From a virus: a stretch of 22,215 nt of DNA. Of this stretch, positions 9,289 through 17,339 are shown one piece after another. The position numbers and the translations under genes were made by a program. Each line of letters starts with the position of its first letter. The stretch's first letter is position 1. The DNA is taken from the IMG/VR virus record IMGVR_UViG_3300023203_000722, positions 1 to 22,215 of that record; one strand, 5' to 3'. Below the pieces are notes generated by a model. The model was not told the origin of the DNA. It made no database searches and saw nothing but the letters and a program-made list of their open reading frames with translations.

Positions 9289-9738
9289 ATGGATTTTAAA
9301 TGGATTATTGGAATAGCAATAGCAATCGTTTTGATAGTAAGTGTTGGTGTTTTTGTAAGTGGATCTATGACTACCACCACGTCATCCAATCCAAGTAAGA
9401 TATATGCTGAAGTGATAAACGAAAATTCATCCAGTGGAGAGATTTACAGTCTTAAAATTAAATTAACTGCTTCTGATTTGCCAGAAGGTCAAAAAAATTA
9501 CTTTAAAGTTGTTGGTAATTTAAATGGAACTCCTGCAGATGAATTATGGTTCATGGTCCCAGAAGGTAGTAAACTGGCCAATGGTATGATTATCACAATT
9601 AACGAGCCTAATGACCTAAGACAATATGATAGTTTCACAATCTACCTTTACGACAAGCCGGACCGTGATGACGAAGGCAGAGCTATTGAACGTAAACCTA
9701 TAACGAATATTACTGTGAACAATACGATTCACATTTAA
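9289..9738 (+). CDS. Membrane-anchored or secreted protein of unknown function, 149 aa
   Basis: N-terminal hydrophobic helix WIIGIAIAIVLIVSVGVFV, Ser/Thr linker, beta-rich body. RBS GGGGAGG at 9275-9281. Confidence 0.75.
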   Translation: MDFKWIIGIAIAIVLIVSVGVFVSGSMTTTTSSNPSKIYAEVINENSSSGEIYSLKIKLTASDLPEGQKNYFKVVGNLNGTPADELWFMVPEGSKLANGMIITINEPNDLRQYDSFTIYLYDKPDRDDEGRAIERKPITNITVNNTIHI

Positions 9739-9741
9739 TAT

Positions 9742-9758
9742 TTCTTTTTTATTTTTTT
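9742..9758 (+). terminator. Oligo-T archaeal terminator for the plus-strand cassette
   Basis: TTCTTTTTTATTTTTTT directly after the stop at 9738, at the convergent junction with the gp10-like gene. Confidence 0.55.
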
Positions 9759-10143
9759 AATCTATCAATCTGTAAAATTCTTCTTCTATGATGTTGTATA
9801 TTTCTGTTTCTGCGGATGTTATTCCTTTTTCTAGGTATTTCCAGGTTCCACGTTTGGGGTGGTTGAATTGTTTTTCGTGTTGGATCCAGCTGTAGTCGTA
9901 TCCTCGGCTCCAGGGGTTGTTTTGGACTGAGTATCCGAATTCCATTTTATAAAGATTGGTTAGGGTGTAGATGATTTGTTCGTAGGATTCTTCTAGGTAT
10001 CCTTTGTCAAGGGGTACGTAGGGTGTGGTTTTGGTTTTGATTAGTAGGCCTGCGTCGATTAGTGCATCGAAGAATCCGGTTTTTAGTTTCAGTTCCACTT
10101 TTTTGGCCCATGATTGGAACTGTGAATCATCAACCCTATACAT
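9757..10143 (-). CDS. HK97 gp10-like tail completion / minor virion protein
   Basis: YVPLDKGYLEESY and YSWIQHE...HP...WKYLE resemble the PVDTGxLxxS and YAxxQHE...KYLE patterns of this family. Confidence 0.7.
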   Translation of the reverse strand: MYRVDDSQFQSWAKKVELKLKTGFFDALIDAGLLIKTKTTPYVPLDKGYLEESYEQIIYTLTNLYKMEFGYSVQNNPWSRGYDYSWIQHEKQFNHPKRGTWKYLEKGITSAETEIYNIIEEEFYRLID

Positions 10144-10151
10144 AGTATTTC

Positions 10152-10400
10152 TTATGCCTCTGTTTGTAGTTCACTCATTAGTTCTTCCATTTCCTCTGAA
10201 TTTTTCTCTCTGGGTTTGGTTTTGCCTTTTTGTTTGTTGTATTCTTCTTCCTCTTTGTCCATGATTTCTTTCTCACGTTTTAGAAGGTGTGAAGTGGTGT
10301 AGGTGTCGAGGTTCCAGTATGCGTCTGGTGAGAGGCTGATGCCGGGTATCCGCCTCACTATTAAGAAATAGTTATCCAGCATCACCTCTTCCAGGATCAA
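10152..10400 (-). CDS. Tail assembly chaperone extension (gpT-like), probably expressed by frameshift
   Basis: Follows the chaperone. The frame is open from 10466, overlapping the upstream ORF, and the TTG at 10400 has no RBS. Sequence YFLIVRRIPGISLSPDAYWNLDT. Confidence 0.55.
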   Translation of the reverse strand: MILEEVMLDNYFLIVRRIPGISLSPDAYWNLDTYTTSHLLKREKEIMDKEEEEYNKQKGKTKPREKNSEEMEELMSELQTEA

Positions 10401-10410
10401 ACTTAATGGT

Positions 10411-11010
10411 TCAGATTTTTTGGAGTTGTTTTTGTCGAAAGTTTTCGGTTCGGTCCATATTGGCTTTTATAACTTCACGGACTTTCTTATCTATCTGTGT
10501 CTGAGTGAAGCCGGATTGGCACATATTATAGAACATTCCCAGGTTTTGTACTTTAATGAGGTCTATGCTGTCGTATTCTTCTTTGAATTCTTCCGGTGTG
10601 AGGGGGTCTATGAGTAAGCATGCGAGTTCTGCATATGTGTTTTCCAGTTTTTCTTCCAGTTGCCTCATCTGATCTTTACGTTCATCTCCATCTTCACGTA
10701 ACTGTTTCTCCAGAGTTCTTTTCTCCATGGAGAGGGTGTCAATATCGTCAAGTAGTTTGATGGCTTTTCGTATTTCTGCATCAGTGGGGTTTTCTGCTGA
10801 TTCAATTAACTGTATCCTTCTATTAGTCCTGTCAATCTGTGCCTGGATATCTTCTAATTGTTCTTCCAGGTCTATGTTGTCCTGGAAGACTGGTTTCATT
10901 TCTTCCTGGAGTTTTTCTATGTCTTTTTGGAAAGTGACTAAGGTTTTGTTACTGCATCTTTTGAATTTCCGTTCTTTTCCACAAAATTCTATTTTAGCAC
11001 GAGTAAACAT
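10411..11010 (-). CDS. Tail assembly chaperone (gpG-like), coiled-coil rich
   Basis: Directly downstream of the tail tube gene; acidic and helical; RBS GGGGTG. Confidence 0.65.
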   Translation of the reverse strand: MFTRAKIEFCGKERKFKRCSNKTLVTFQKDIEKLQEEMKPVFQDNIDLEEQLEDIQAQIDRTNRRIQLIESAENPTDAEIRKAIKLLDDIDTLSMEKRTLEKQLREDGDERKDQMRQLEEKLENTYAELACLLIDPLTPEEFKEEYDSIDLIKVQNLGMFYNMCQSGFTQTQIDKKVREVIKANMDRTENFRQKQLQKI

Positions 11011-11032
11011 CTAAAAAACACACCCCTTTTTT

Positions 11033-12124
11033 TTATATGGTTCCTATATGTAAGTTTGCTAGTTCAGAAATTACTTCAACAGTCATGAAACTGGCCAGGC
11101 TTTCATCATTGATTTTGAACTCAGTTTCGATTGATTTACGCTCATCACCAGACTGTGGACTGTCACATTTAGTAATAGTCACATCTGGTATTAGGATGGC
11201 TGTTTTATGGAATACGTCAGTTGATGTAACAGTTTCGATTTTGGGTCCGATGGATTCTATGAGGATCTGTTTCCTGAGTGGTTCTGATGATACTTTAGTC
11301 CCGTTAGTTGTTCCAGATTCATATTCGGTCTGGATCCATTTGGTCTGTTCTGTCCAGGGTATGGTGAATCCTCCCTCGGATTCTCTTATGCCCATGTTTT
11401 TGGTTTCAGTACCGAAATCATCTCCACCACATGGTTCACTTTCGGCGTTGTTGTTTACTTTTACATTGCCTTCTATTACACATGGGAAGGCATATTGTGC
11501 TTTGTTTGCTTCGGTTAATGTTACACCTACAGGTGCATAGTACAGAACAGTCTGGCCTGCTTCTATTTTGACTTTTTTAGTAGGTACTACTCGGGCAGGG
11601 TTGGGTTGTTTGAATTGGGGATAGTCACTGACAAATTTAGGGGCTATGCTCATGGGTTCATCGTTTTTGAATTTAACCTCTAGTTCATTGAGCATGCAAT
11701 TATCATAGACGTATGCATCATTTGCAGTCTTAGCATAACCATTATACAATGTACAGAGTGGTGGATCGGATGGGTTTACAACATCAACTGCAAAGACGTA
11801 TTTTTTGGCCTTGGTGGCTCCAGCTATTGCGGGGTCTGGGCCTGTCACATGTCCAAAGAGTAAATACCAGTAGTCTTCCCATCCTTGTTGGTATCGTGCT
11901 TTATCTTCGTAACCTGGACTACTGGCTGCTTTTTTACGGTACATTCCCATGGTTAGACTGGATCCACCTGTGTGGCCTTTATCTTCTTCGTGTTCGATTT
12001 CTTTTTCAGGTTCGAACTCGGTTCCTGGGATCATTATTAGTGGTTGTTCAGGGGCTGTCTTACCCGTGGGTTTGATCCCCAGGGACCAGTAGTGATATGC
12101 TAGGTTAGGTGCTATAACTCCCAT
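11033..12124 (-). CDS. Major tail tube protein, 363 aa
   Basis: Position, size, acidic beta-rich composition, and motifs WSLGIKP..., AYVYDNCMLNELEVKF and AILIPDV typical of siphoviral tube proteins. TAAATG coupling to the upstream gene. Confidence 0.75.
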   Translation of the reverse strand: MGVIAPNLAYHYWSLGIKPTGKTAPEQPLIMIPGTEFEPEKEIEHEEDKGHTGGSSLTMGMYRKKAASSPGYEDKARYQQGWEDYWYLLFGHVTGPDPAIAGATKAKKYVFAVDVVNPSDPPLCTLYNGYAKTANDAYVYDNCMLNELEVKFKNDEPMSIAPKFVSDYPQFKQPNPARVVPTKKVKIEAGQTVLYYAPVGVTLTEANKAQYAFPCVIEGNVKVNNNAESEPCGGDDFGTETKNMGIRESEGGFTIPWTEQTKWIQTEYESGTTNGTKVSSEPLRKQILIESIGPKIETVTSTDVFHKTAILIPDVTITKCDSPQSGDERKSIETEFKINDESLASFMTVEVISELANLHIGTI

Positions 12125-12349
12125 TTAGTCAGTCCTCCTTTTCTGTTTAGGTTTTTTTACGGGTTTAGATTCTTCTTTTTCCACCCGTTTAAAATATCCT
12201 GATGCATCCAGACATGAAACCAGCCTTTTATTATCATCAGGTACTTCAATTATCTGATTTTTCTTTAGTTCTTCGTCTTTTTCCATTATTTCAAAAGCTA
12301 CTAGTTCCAGGGTCTTATGTTTATCTGGCCCTGTATATTGAAACTTCAT
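12125..12349 (-). CDS. Small hypothetical virion-module protein, 74 aa
   Basis: ORF with RBS GGAGGG, a basic C-terminus, and a stop abutting the tube gene ATG. Confidence 0.7.
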   Translation of the reverse strand: MKFQYTGPDKHKTLELVAFEIMEKDEELKKNQIIEVPDDNKRLVSCLDASGYFKRVEKEESKPVKKPKQKRRTD

Positions 12350-12365
12350 AACAAAATCCCTCCTT

Positions 12366-12821
12366 CTATAAAGTATATCTGAGTTTGAATGCTACCCTGA
12401 GCAGATTACTGAAAAAAACCTCTTTATTATCCTCATGGCGCTTATAAACCAAAGCACCGATGGGATAAGTTTTATGATACTCCAGTTCTATACTATGCCG
12501 TGTTGAAAGCTCACCATTAACACCACCCCTTCTGATCAGGGTTATTATTTCTTCCTCAAAATCCCATAACTCCATTAGAAGCTTATTTTTATCCAATGTG
12601 GCTGTATGTCTGCGTATTTCTAGTTCTTTAACGTATTCATCACAGCCGGATGGTTTTTCCTGTTTCATTTCCCCGACTTTGTAGCTAAGGGCAGGTAAGG
12701 ATGTGTTCGGATCCATGGTAGAATCATCATAAAAGATCCGGGTGTACTTCCCTGATTTAATGATGAATCCGGTTAGGTCTTCTAGGATTTCCTGTAATTT
12801 ACTCAAAAAAATAGCCCCCAC
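12366..12821 (-). CDS. Putative tail terminator (SPP1 gp17 / lambda gpU-like)
   Basis: About 150 aa, upstream of the tube gene, with a helix-strand pattern including LPALSY and ELWDFEEEIITLI. True start may be TTG 12806 after GTGGGGG. Confidence 0.5.
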   Translation of the reverse strand: MGAIFLSKLQEILEDLTGFIIKSGKYTRIFYDDSTMDPNTSLPALSYKVGEMKQEKPSGCDEYVKELEIRRHTATLDKNKLLMELWDFEEEIITLIRRGGVNGELSTRHSIELEYHKTYPIGALVYKRHEDNKEVFFSNLLRVAFKLRYTL

Positions 12822-12827
12822 AAATAT

Positions 12828-13652
12828 TTAGATTAAGCTGAATCCAATCAAATCCTCGTTAATACCATCATCGATGTTATCATCAGTGGGAGTGTTTTTA
12901 TACGTGTCTATGGCCCTGTCTACTATTCCCAAGAGACGGTCCGCATAGTTTTTACTTTTCTGTGTTCCATCACCCATTACCTGGCCTTCATGCTCCCACC
13001 GAGTGAGCCAAGTCATGGCTGCAGCTGCAATGTATTTGTACTTGAGTAGTTGGTCTGGTAAGGTATCTGTCTGGAGGCCATCTCTAACATAATTCTCACC
13101 ATCAATTAAACCAAGATCCAGACTTTCAAGTGTGCAAACAGGACTGTTATTCTTAAATATGATGTCGATGATGTCAAGTGAATCTAAAGTTGTATCTAAG
13201 TGGATACTTAGCGACTTAATACCAGACAATAACTGACTTTTTGGATCCATCCCTTGATCATTGACTTTAAAAGTAACTGCTCCAGACTGCCCAGCACTGA
13301 TAATATCACCCGATCCCTGAAGAGTTAAAAGAGTGACTTCAGCACTCATAGTGTCATGAAAACCTAGACTAATCTTTGAAGGATCCAACTCACTACCTGG
13401 AGTTAGTTTGATTTCAACTGTATCTATCGAAAAATAATCACGCTTTAATGTAGGAATGATAATCACATCATCCGCCAAACCAGTGAACCGTAACAAGTTT
13501 GCATGAACAGACCCGGCCACCAAACATTTACTTGATGGTTGTACGTTGTCTGATGATTCAAAAGAGTAAGGGTATTGTCTGTCAACTTTGAATTCCCTGA
13601 GGTAGTGGAGGATTTTATAATAATCCTCCATCCGGGTTGCAGGGTCTGCCAA
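12828..13652 (-). CDS. Putative head-tail adaptor with inserted beta-sandwich domain, 274 aa
   Basis: TTG start after GGAGGGGTGA. Short N-terminal helix and C-terminal helical part (DGENYVRDGL...LPDQLLKYKYIAAAAM) resemble gp6/gp15 adaptors and flank a beta-rich insert. Confidence 0.5.
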   Translation of the reverse strand: MADPATRMEDYYKILHYLREFKVDRQYPYSFESSDNVQPSSKCLVAGSVHANLLRFTGLADDVIIIPTLKRDYFSIDTVEIKLTPGSELDPSKISLGFHDTMSAEVTLLTLQGSGDIISAGQSGAVTFKVNDQGMDPKSQLLSGIKSLSIHLDTTLDSLDIIDIIFKNNSPVCTLESLDLGLIDGENYVRDGLQTDTLPDQLLKYKYIAAAAMTWLTRWEHEGQVMGDGTQKSKNYADRLLGIVDRAIDTYKNTPTDDNIDDGINEDLIGFSLI

Positions 13653-13667
13653 AGGTCACCCCTCCAT

Positions 13668-14120
13668 TTATGCTTTTTCATATCTGACAATAACCAGGCC
13701 GCCAGGGAATGCTTGGCCATCGCCAGTAACAGTCTTTTTCAAAGTGATTGACTGTCCTTCGGTGACTTCTGCATCAGTTGAAACTAGGTCCGCACCAACA
13801 AAACCCGAGATTGGATTGGTGCTGTTGACAGCTCTGGTTCCTAAACTTGTAGTTCCAGTTCCAGCAGCTCCCTTATTTTGCACGTCAAGGGTCATGTAAT
13901 TGGTTGCCTGACCAATGTTTCCATCTGGCACTACTTTTACATCCTTTACTATACAGTTGTATGGTGCTGTGAAAACTGTTTTTTCAAAGGTTCCTGATGC
14001 AGCATCAGCGGGCAGTTGCACCCTTGAAAAAAGGTCCTGGTGTGACACAAAAACTTCTTTGAACTTTTTTATCTCTTCCGTATTTGCATCCACGGCTTTT
14101 TTAAACACTCTAGAATCCAT
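13668..14120 (-). CDS. Putative capsid decoration / minor head protein, 150 aa
   Basis: Directly after the MCP; RBS GAGGTGA; Gly/Thr/Val-rich beta composition. Confidence 0.5.
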   Translation of the reverse strand: MDSRVFKKAVDANTEEIKKFKEVFVSHQDLFSRVQLPADAASGTFEKTVFTAPYNCIVKDVKVVPDGNIGQATNYMTLDVQNKGAAGTGTTSLGTRAVNSTNPISGFVGADLVSTDAEVTEGQSITLKKTVTGDGQAFPGGLVIVRYEKA

Positions 14121-14133
14121 ACCAAATCACCTC

Positions 14134-15078
14134 TTATGGGGTTGCAGACACCAGGTCTTCAAAGCGGATCATCCTTTCGCCCTTAGCTCTTGGGTATGCT
14201 CCAGCGGCACATGCCACTTTTATGGTAGTGCGAGGTTTGGTTTCAGTTTCACTGTTGTCAAACATTAACATCTGAACTGGAGGAAGTAAGTTTTCCATTC
14301 CTTCGATTGTGGGCATTGATTTGATTTTAGGGTTGTTGAATTTCATCATGATGACATCCAATGCAGGCATGTCTCTGTCAAACCCTATAGCTTCACCATC
14401 ATCAAAGTTCACACCACCCCAGAAGTTCTTAGCATTTACCAAGTCCAATGTGTCCTTAACTGTGAATCCGTTCTGTGGAAGGGTGTAATCAGATACAGAT
14501 TGACCTGCACGTGCTTTAAGTTCCACGTCTGCTTCACTTCCATATGCTATCATGTTGATATTGTATGGTTTAGGCCTTATGCTAGACTGGAATCTTATAA
14601 CGTCCCTTACCAATGATTTGAATTCCGTGGCGTTTTCGCCCCATTCACCGATTATTTTGTCATCAGTTACAAGAGTAGCATTTTCCTTGGCAGTGTTGTA
14701 AACAATTTCATCCAGATCATTAGCAAACACATATCCCATTGCATTAATCTCATCCATCAAGTTAAAGTTAGGATGTTCCATGTCTTTGTTAGGGATAGAG
14801 TATTCTATCTCGTTGTGTACCAGTTTAAAACCAGATGGGGTTATGACTTCTCCACGGATCTTCCTTGCACTGGCTCCTTTAGCTAACTTTTTAGATTTAC
14901 CTGTTTGAGTCAGGAATTTATCAATAGGTGAGCTTTCAACTATAGTGACCTGTTCATTGTCTACTTTCATGAGTGGAAAGTTACCTGCGAATCTGTAACC
15001 TTCAACCATGGAAAGTTTGAGTTCTGCTAAGTAGGTTCCGTTCTCAAAATCGGCGTATATTTCTTTTAAACTTGCCAT
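14134..15078 (-). CDS. Major capsid protein (HK97 fold inferred), ~314 aa
   Basis: Position after scaffold and decoration genes; size; strong RBS GGAGGT 7 nt before ATG 15078 (ORF track start 15093 lies within the RBS). Confidence 0.75.
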   Translation of the reverse strand: MASLKEIYADFENGTYLAELKLSMVEGYRFAGNFPLMKVDNEQVTIVESSPIDKFLTQTGKSKKLAKGASARKIRGEVITPSGFKLVHNEIEYSIPNKDMEHPNFNLMDEINAMGYVFANDLDEIVYNTAKENATLVTDDKIIGEWGENATEFKSLVRDVIRFQSSIRPKPYNINMIAYGSEADVELKARAGQSVSDYTLPQNGFTVKDTLDLVNAKNFWGGVNFDDGEAIGFDRDMPALDVIMMKFNNPKIKSMPTIEGMENLLPPVQMLMFDNSETETKPRTTIKVACAAGAYPRAKGERMIRFEDLVSATP

Positions 15079-15113
15079 TTTTATTACCTCCAAAAAGAAT
15101 GATATTCAAATTT

Positions 15114-15635
15114 TTATGTCCTAGTAGTGCAGCTAATGAGGCCTCGGCAGTCCACAGTTACATATCCACCAGTATTAGCTGGAATTGCATCGTAACTGTA
15201 TACAACATTACTGGTTTCACTGGTTTTGCCCAGTTTGCCAGTTGCAGGGTTGATGTTGAGTTTATCACCTACAGAGATTTCTACGTTGTTATCTTCTAAA
15301 GGTAACTGGATTTCATCATTAGGCAATCTGGCTGCACCAACGTACCTGTTATTGTAATTTCCCTGGGTTTTGGTTTCTTTGGGTAGTGTTCCGTTTACTT
15401 CTGGTTCGTATAAGTTGATATGGGTTGCTACATCTCCATTTGCAACTTTTTTCATAGTCCTTTCGCCAGTTCCACGAATCAGGAAACTTTCCTCATAGAC
15501 TTGTGAAGCAAAAGTGACCTGTTCATTAGGCAATCCATTATTAGGATCCACTCCTTCACGGTAGGTCATGGTTCCTTCTTCAACTTCGTAGGTTTTAACA
15601 TCCTTTTCTTCGAAAAATGTTCCAATTTTAGTCAT
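15114..15635 (-). CDS. Putative head decoration / cement protein, 173 aa
   Basis: Between scaffold and MCP, a usual position for cement proteins; RBS GGAGGT; beta-rich. Confidence 0.5.
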   Translation of the reverse strand: MTKIGTFFEEKDVKTYEVEEGTMTYREGVDPNNGLPNEQVTFASQVYEESFLIRGTGERTMKKVANGDVATHINLYEPEVNGTLPKETKTQGNYNNRYVGAARLPNDEIQLPLEDNNVEISVGDKLNINPATGKLGKTSETSNVVYSYDAIPANTGGYVTVDCRGLISCTTRT

Positions 15636-15656
15636 AAAATACCTCCAATAATCATT

Positions 15657-16502
15657 TTACCATCTTTTCTTTTTCTTTCGTATTTCTGCAAAATTCCCGG
15701 GTTTATCTTCTCCAATGTGTTGGGTTCCATCATCATCAAGGCCTGGAGCTCCACCAGCTGGCACTCCTTTGGGTTTTTGAGTGATGATTTTATGTTCCTT
15801 GAAAAATTCCAGCTTCTCCAGGGACATGTCTTCGAGTTCTTTTTTCAACTCTTCATCGTCCCCGGCCAGTTCTTTTATTAATTTTTCCTTCTTTTTTCCT
15901 TCTAATTCATCATATTTCTTGGCTTTGTCTTCTAACTCTTTTATTTTATCTTCATTCTCCTTCTGTTTTTTTTCAGCTTCTTTCAAATCCTTCTCTAGTT
16001 GCTGTTTTTCTTCAACAGTTTTATTAGCACTTTTAAGCTTGGATTTAAGAATTCCAATCTCTTCTTGCTGTTCCTGCTGTTTTTCTAAAGCTTTTTCCAA
16101 AACTTCGCTTTTATCACTCAAATTATCATCCTCCTCAGGCTTTTCAATACTATTATAAAGAATATGACTCCTAGGAGTGGCTGTTAAACCAACCTCCTTG
16201 AGGTAACCAGTTATTGGTAGGTAGTATTCATCATATTCCACCAGGTTAAGGTCATCAAAGACTGGGCTGATTCCTTTATCTTTCAGGTCAAGATCCTTTG
16301 GGGGTTTGACTTGTAGGCTGCCGTCTTTGTAGACAAAATTATCAAGTTCTGCTATGACCTTCTTGGTGTGCTCATCAGTCACTTCAAGGCCACTAGTGGT
16401 GGCTGCTATTTCTTTTAAAAATTCCTCTGTGAATTTAACGGGTTTGTCCAGGCCATGATCCGTATAGTTGACCAGGCCAGGTTTGAAAATAGGTATTAAA
16501 AT
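15657..16502 (-). CDS. Prohead protease-scaffold fusion (Mu gpI-like inferred), ~281 aa if initiated at ATT 16502
   Basis: Frame open from 16538. The N-terminal domain has DEH and GISPVF (His/Ser dyad pattern), followed by a Lys/Glu coiled coil. ORF track start GTG 16382 would cut off 40 protein-like codons (ILIPIFKPGLVNY...). Confidence 0.65.
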   Translation of the reverse strand: MLIPIFKPGLVNYTDHGLDKPVKFTEEFLKEIAATTSGLEVTDEHTKKVIAELDNFVYKDGSLQVKPPKDLDLKDKGISPVFDDLNLVEYDEYYLPITGYLKEVGLTATPRSHILYNSIEKPEEDDNLSDKSEVLEKALEKQQEQQEEIGILKSKLKSANKTVEEKQQLEKDLKEAEKKQKENEDKIKELEDKAKKYDELEGKKKEKLIKELAGDDEELKKELEDMSLEKLEFFKEHKIITQKPKGVPAGGAPGLDDDGTQHIGEDKPGNFAEIRKKKKRW

Positions 16503-16550
16503 AGTACCATGCCTCCAAAAAAAAAGGTAAAATATGGATTAAAAAATTAG

Positions 16551-17339
16551 TTAAATAAGAGTTAAATCAGCGTATTTTTGAGATTCTTCTAAATAGGACT
16601 GGTATTCCTTAGTAGCGTTATCTTTCTCAGGAACGAGTTCACAATGGCCATTTGGGTGGTCATATTCCCATTTGTCCATGGGTCTTGGTGGTAGCCGGGC
16701 CTTGGCATAGCATTTCTCACAAGTACGTCGTCCAGCAACAACCCAGTAATATAACATGTTTTTACCATATCTCATCTTCTGAGCTGCTCTCTTGATTTTT
16801 TGCTTAGCAAACTGTGCATTGAACTTAACAAAATTCTTAGTACGCCTTATGGCCCTGTTGAAATTAGCTTTAAGATTGAAATCTTTGGGTTCACCCATAC
16901 CTGCCTTGAATGATGCGGCCTTGGTGGCCACGTCATCTTTTAACTGATTGATAGTTGCTTTAGCACTTAAACTAAGAGCATTTAAGGTTGGTTTAAGGTC
17001 CAGGTCAAGTTTGACCTTGGGGATGACTTTTTCGTGTATGTTGAATTCTTTCAGTACAGTTATACGGTGGTCTTCGACTATTTTAGTCAGTTCGGTTTTA
17101 CTGGTTTCTGCTAGTTTCTTCCCGGCTTTGGTGACAGCATCAGGGAATTTTTCAAGGACATAATCAACTGTTTTATGCTCAAAATCTGTGTAAAGTTTAG
17201 CAAAAATAACAAATAAAGCGATAAACATTAACTGTTCGTCCATGTCCATATCTTCAACATCTGGATCATCTGGTTGGAATGTTTCATTATCCCATCCAAG
17301 GAGCTCCTCATTCAGGGGTACTTCAGTCACCATCATCAT
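16551..17339 (-). CDS. Head morphogenesis protein, SPP1 gp7 / MuF-like
   Basis: Follows the portal. C-terminal YYWVVAGRRTCEKC...HPNGHC resembles the CxxC...HPNCRC motif. Confidence 0.75.
   Translation of the reverse strand: MMMVTEVPLNEELLGWDNETFQPDDPDVEDMDMDEQLMFIALFVIFAKLYTDFEHKTVDYVLEKFPDAVTKAGKKLAETSKTELTKIVEDHRITVLKEFNIHEKVIPKVKLDLDLKPTLNALSLSAKATINQLKDDVATKAASFKAGMGEPKDFNLKANFNRAIRRTKNFVKFNAQFAKQKIKRAAQKMRYGKNMLYYWVVAGRRTCEKCYAKARLPPRPMDKWEYDHPNGHCELVPEKDNATKEYQSYLEESQKYADLTLI

Noticed and set aside
11037-11540. 167-aa plus-strand ORF antisense to the tail tube gene
   Set aside because: Ser-rich shadow of the sense codons, with no promoter, RBS or recognisable domain.
14121-14140. Possible MCP read-through or frameshift fusion to the 150-aa downstream protein (ACC CCA TAA)
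   Set aside because: The downstream gene is in the +1 frame, but that frame has TGA at 14129-14127 before its ATG, and the gene has its own RBS.
15781-16158. 125-aa Ser/Phe-rich plus-strand ORF
   Set aside because: Reverse complement of the Lys/Glu-rich scaffold codons; compositional artefact.
16620-16730. HPNGHC instead of HPNCRC in the MuF-like protein, as a sign of decay or a toxin extension
   Set aside because: A CxxC, His and Cys ligand set remains, and the protein ends shortly after with no C-terminal toxin domain.
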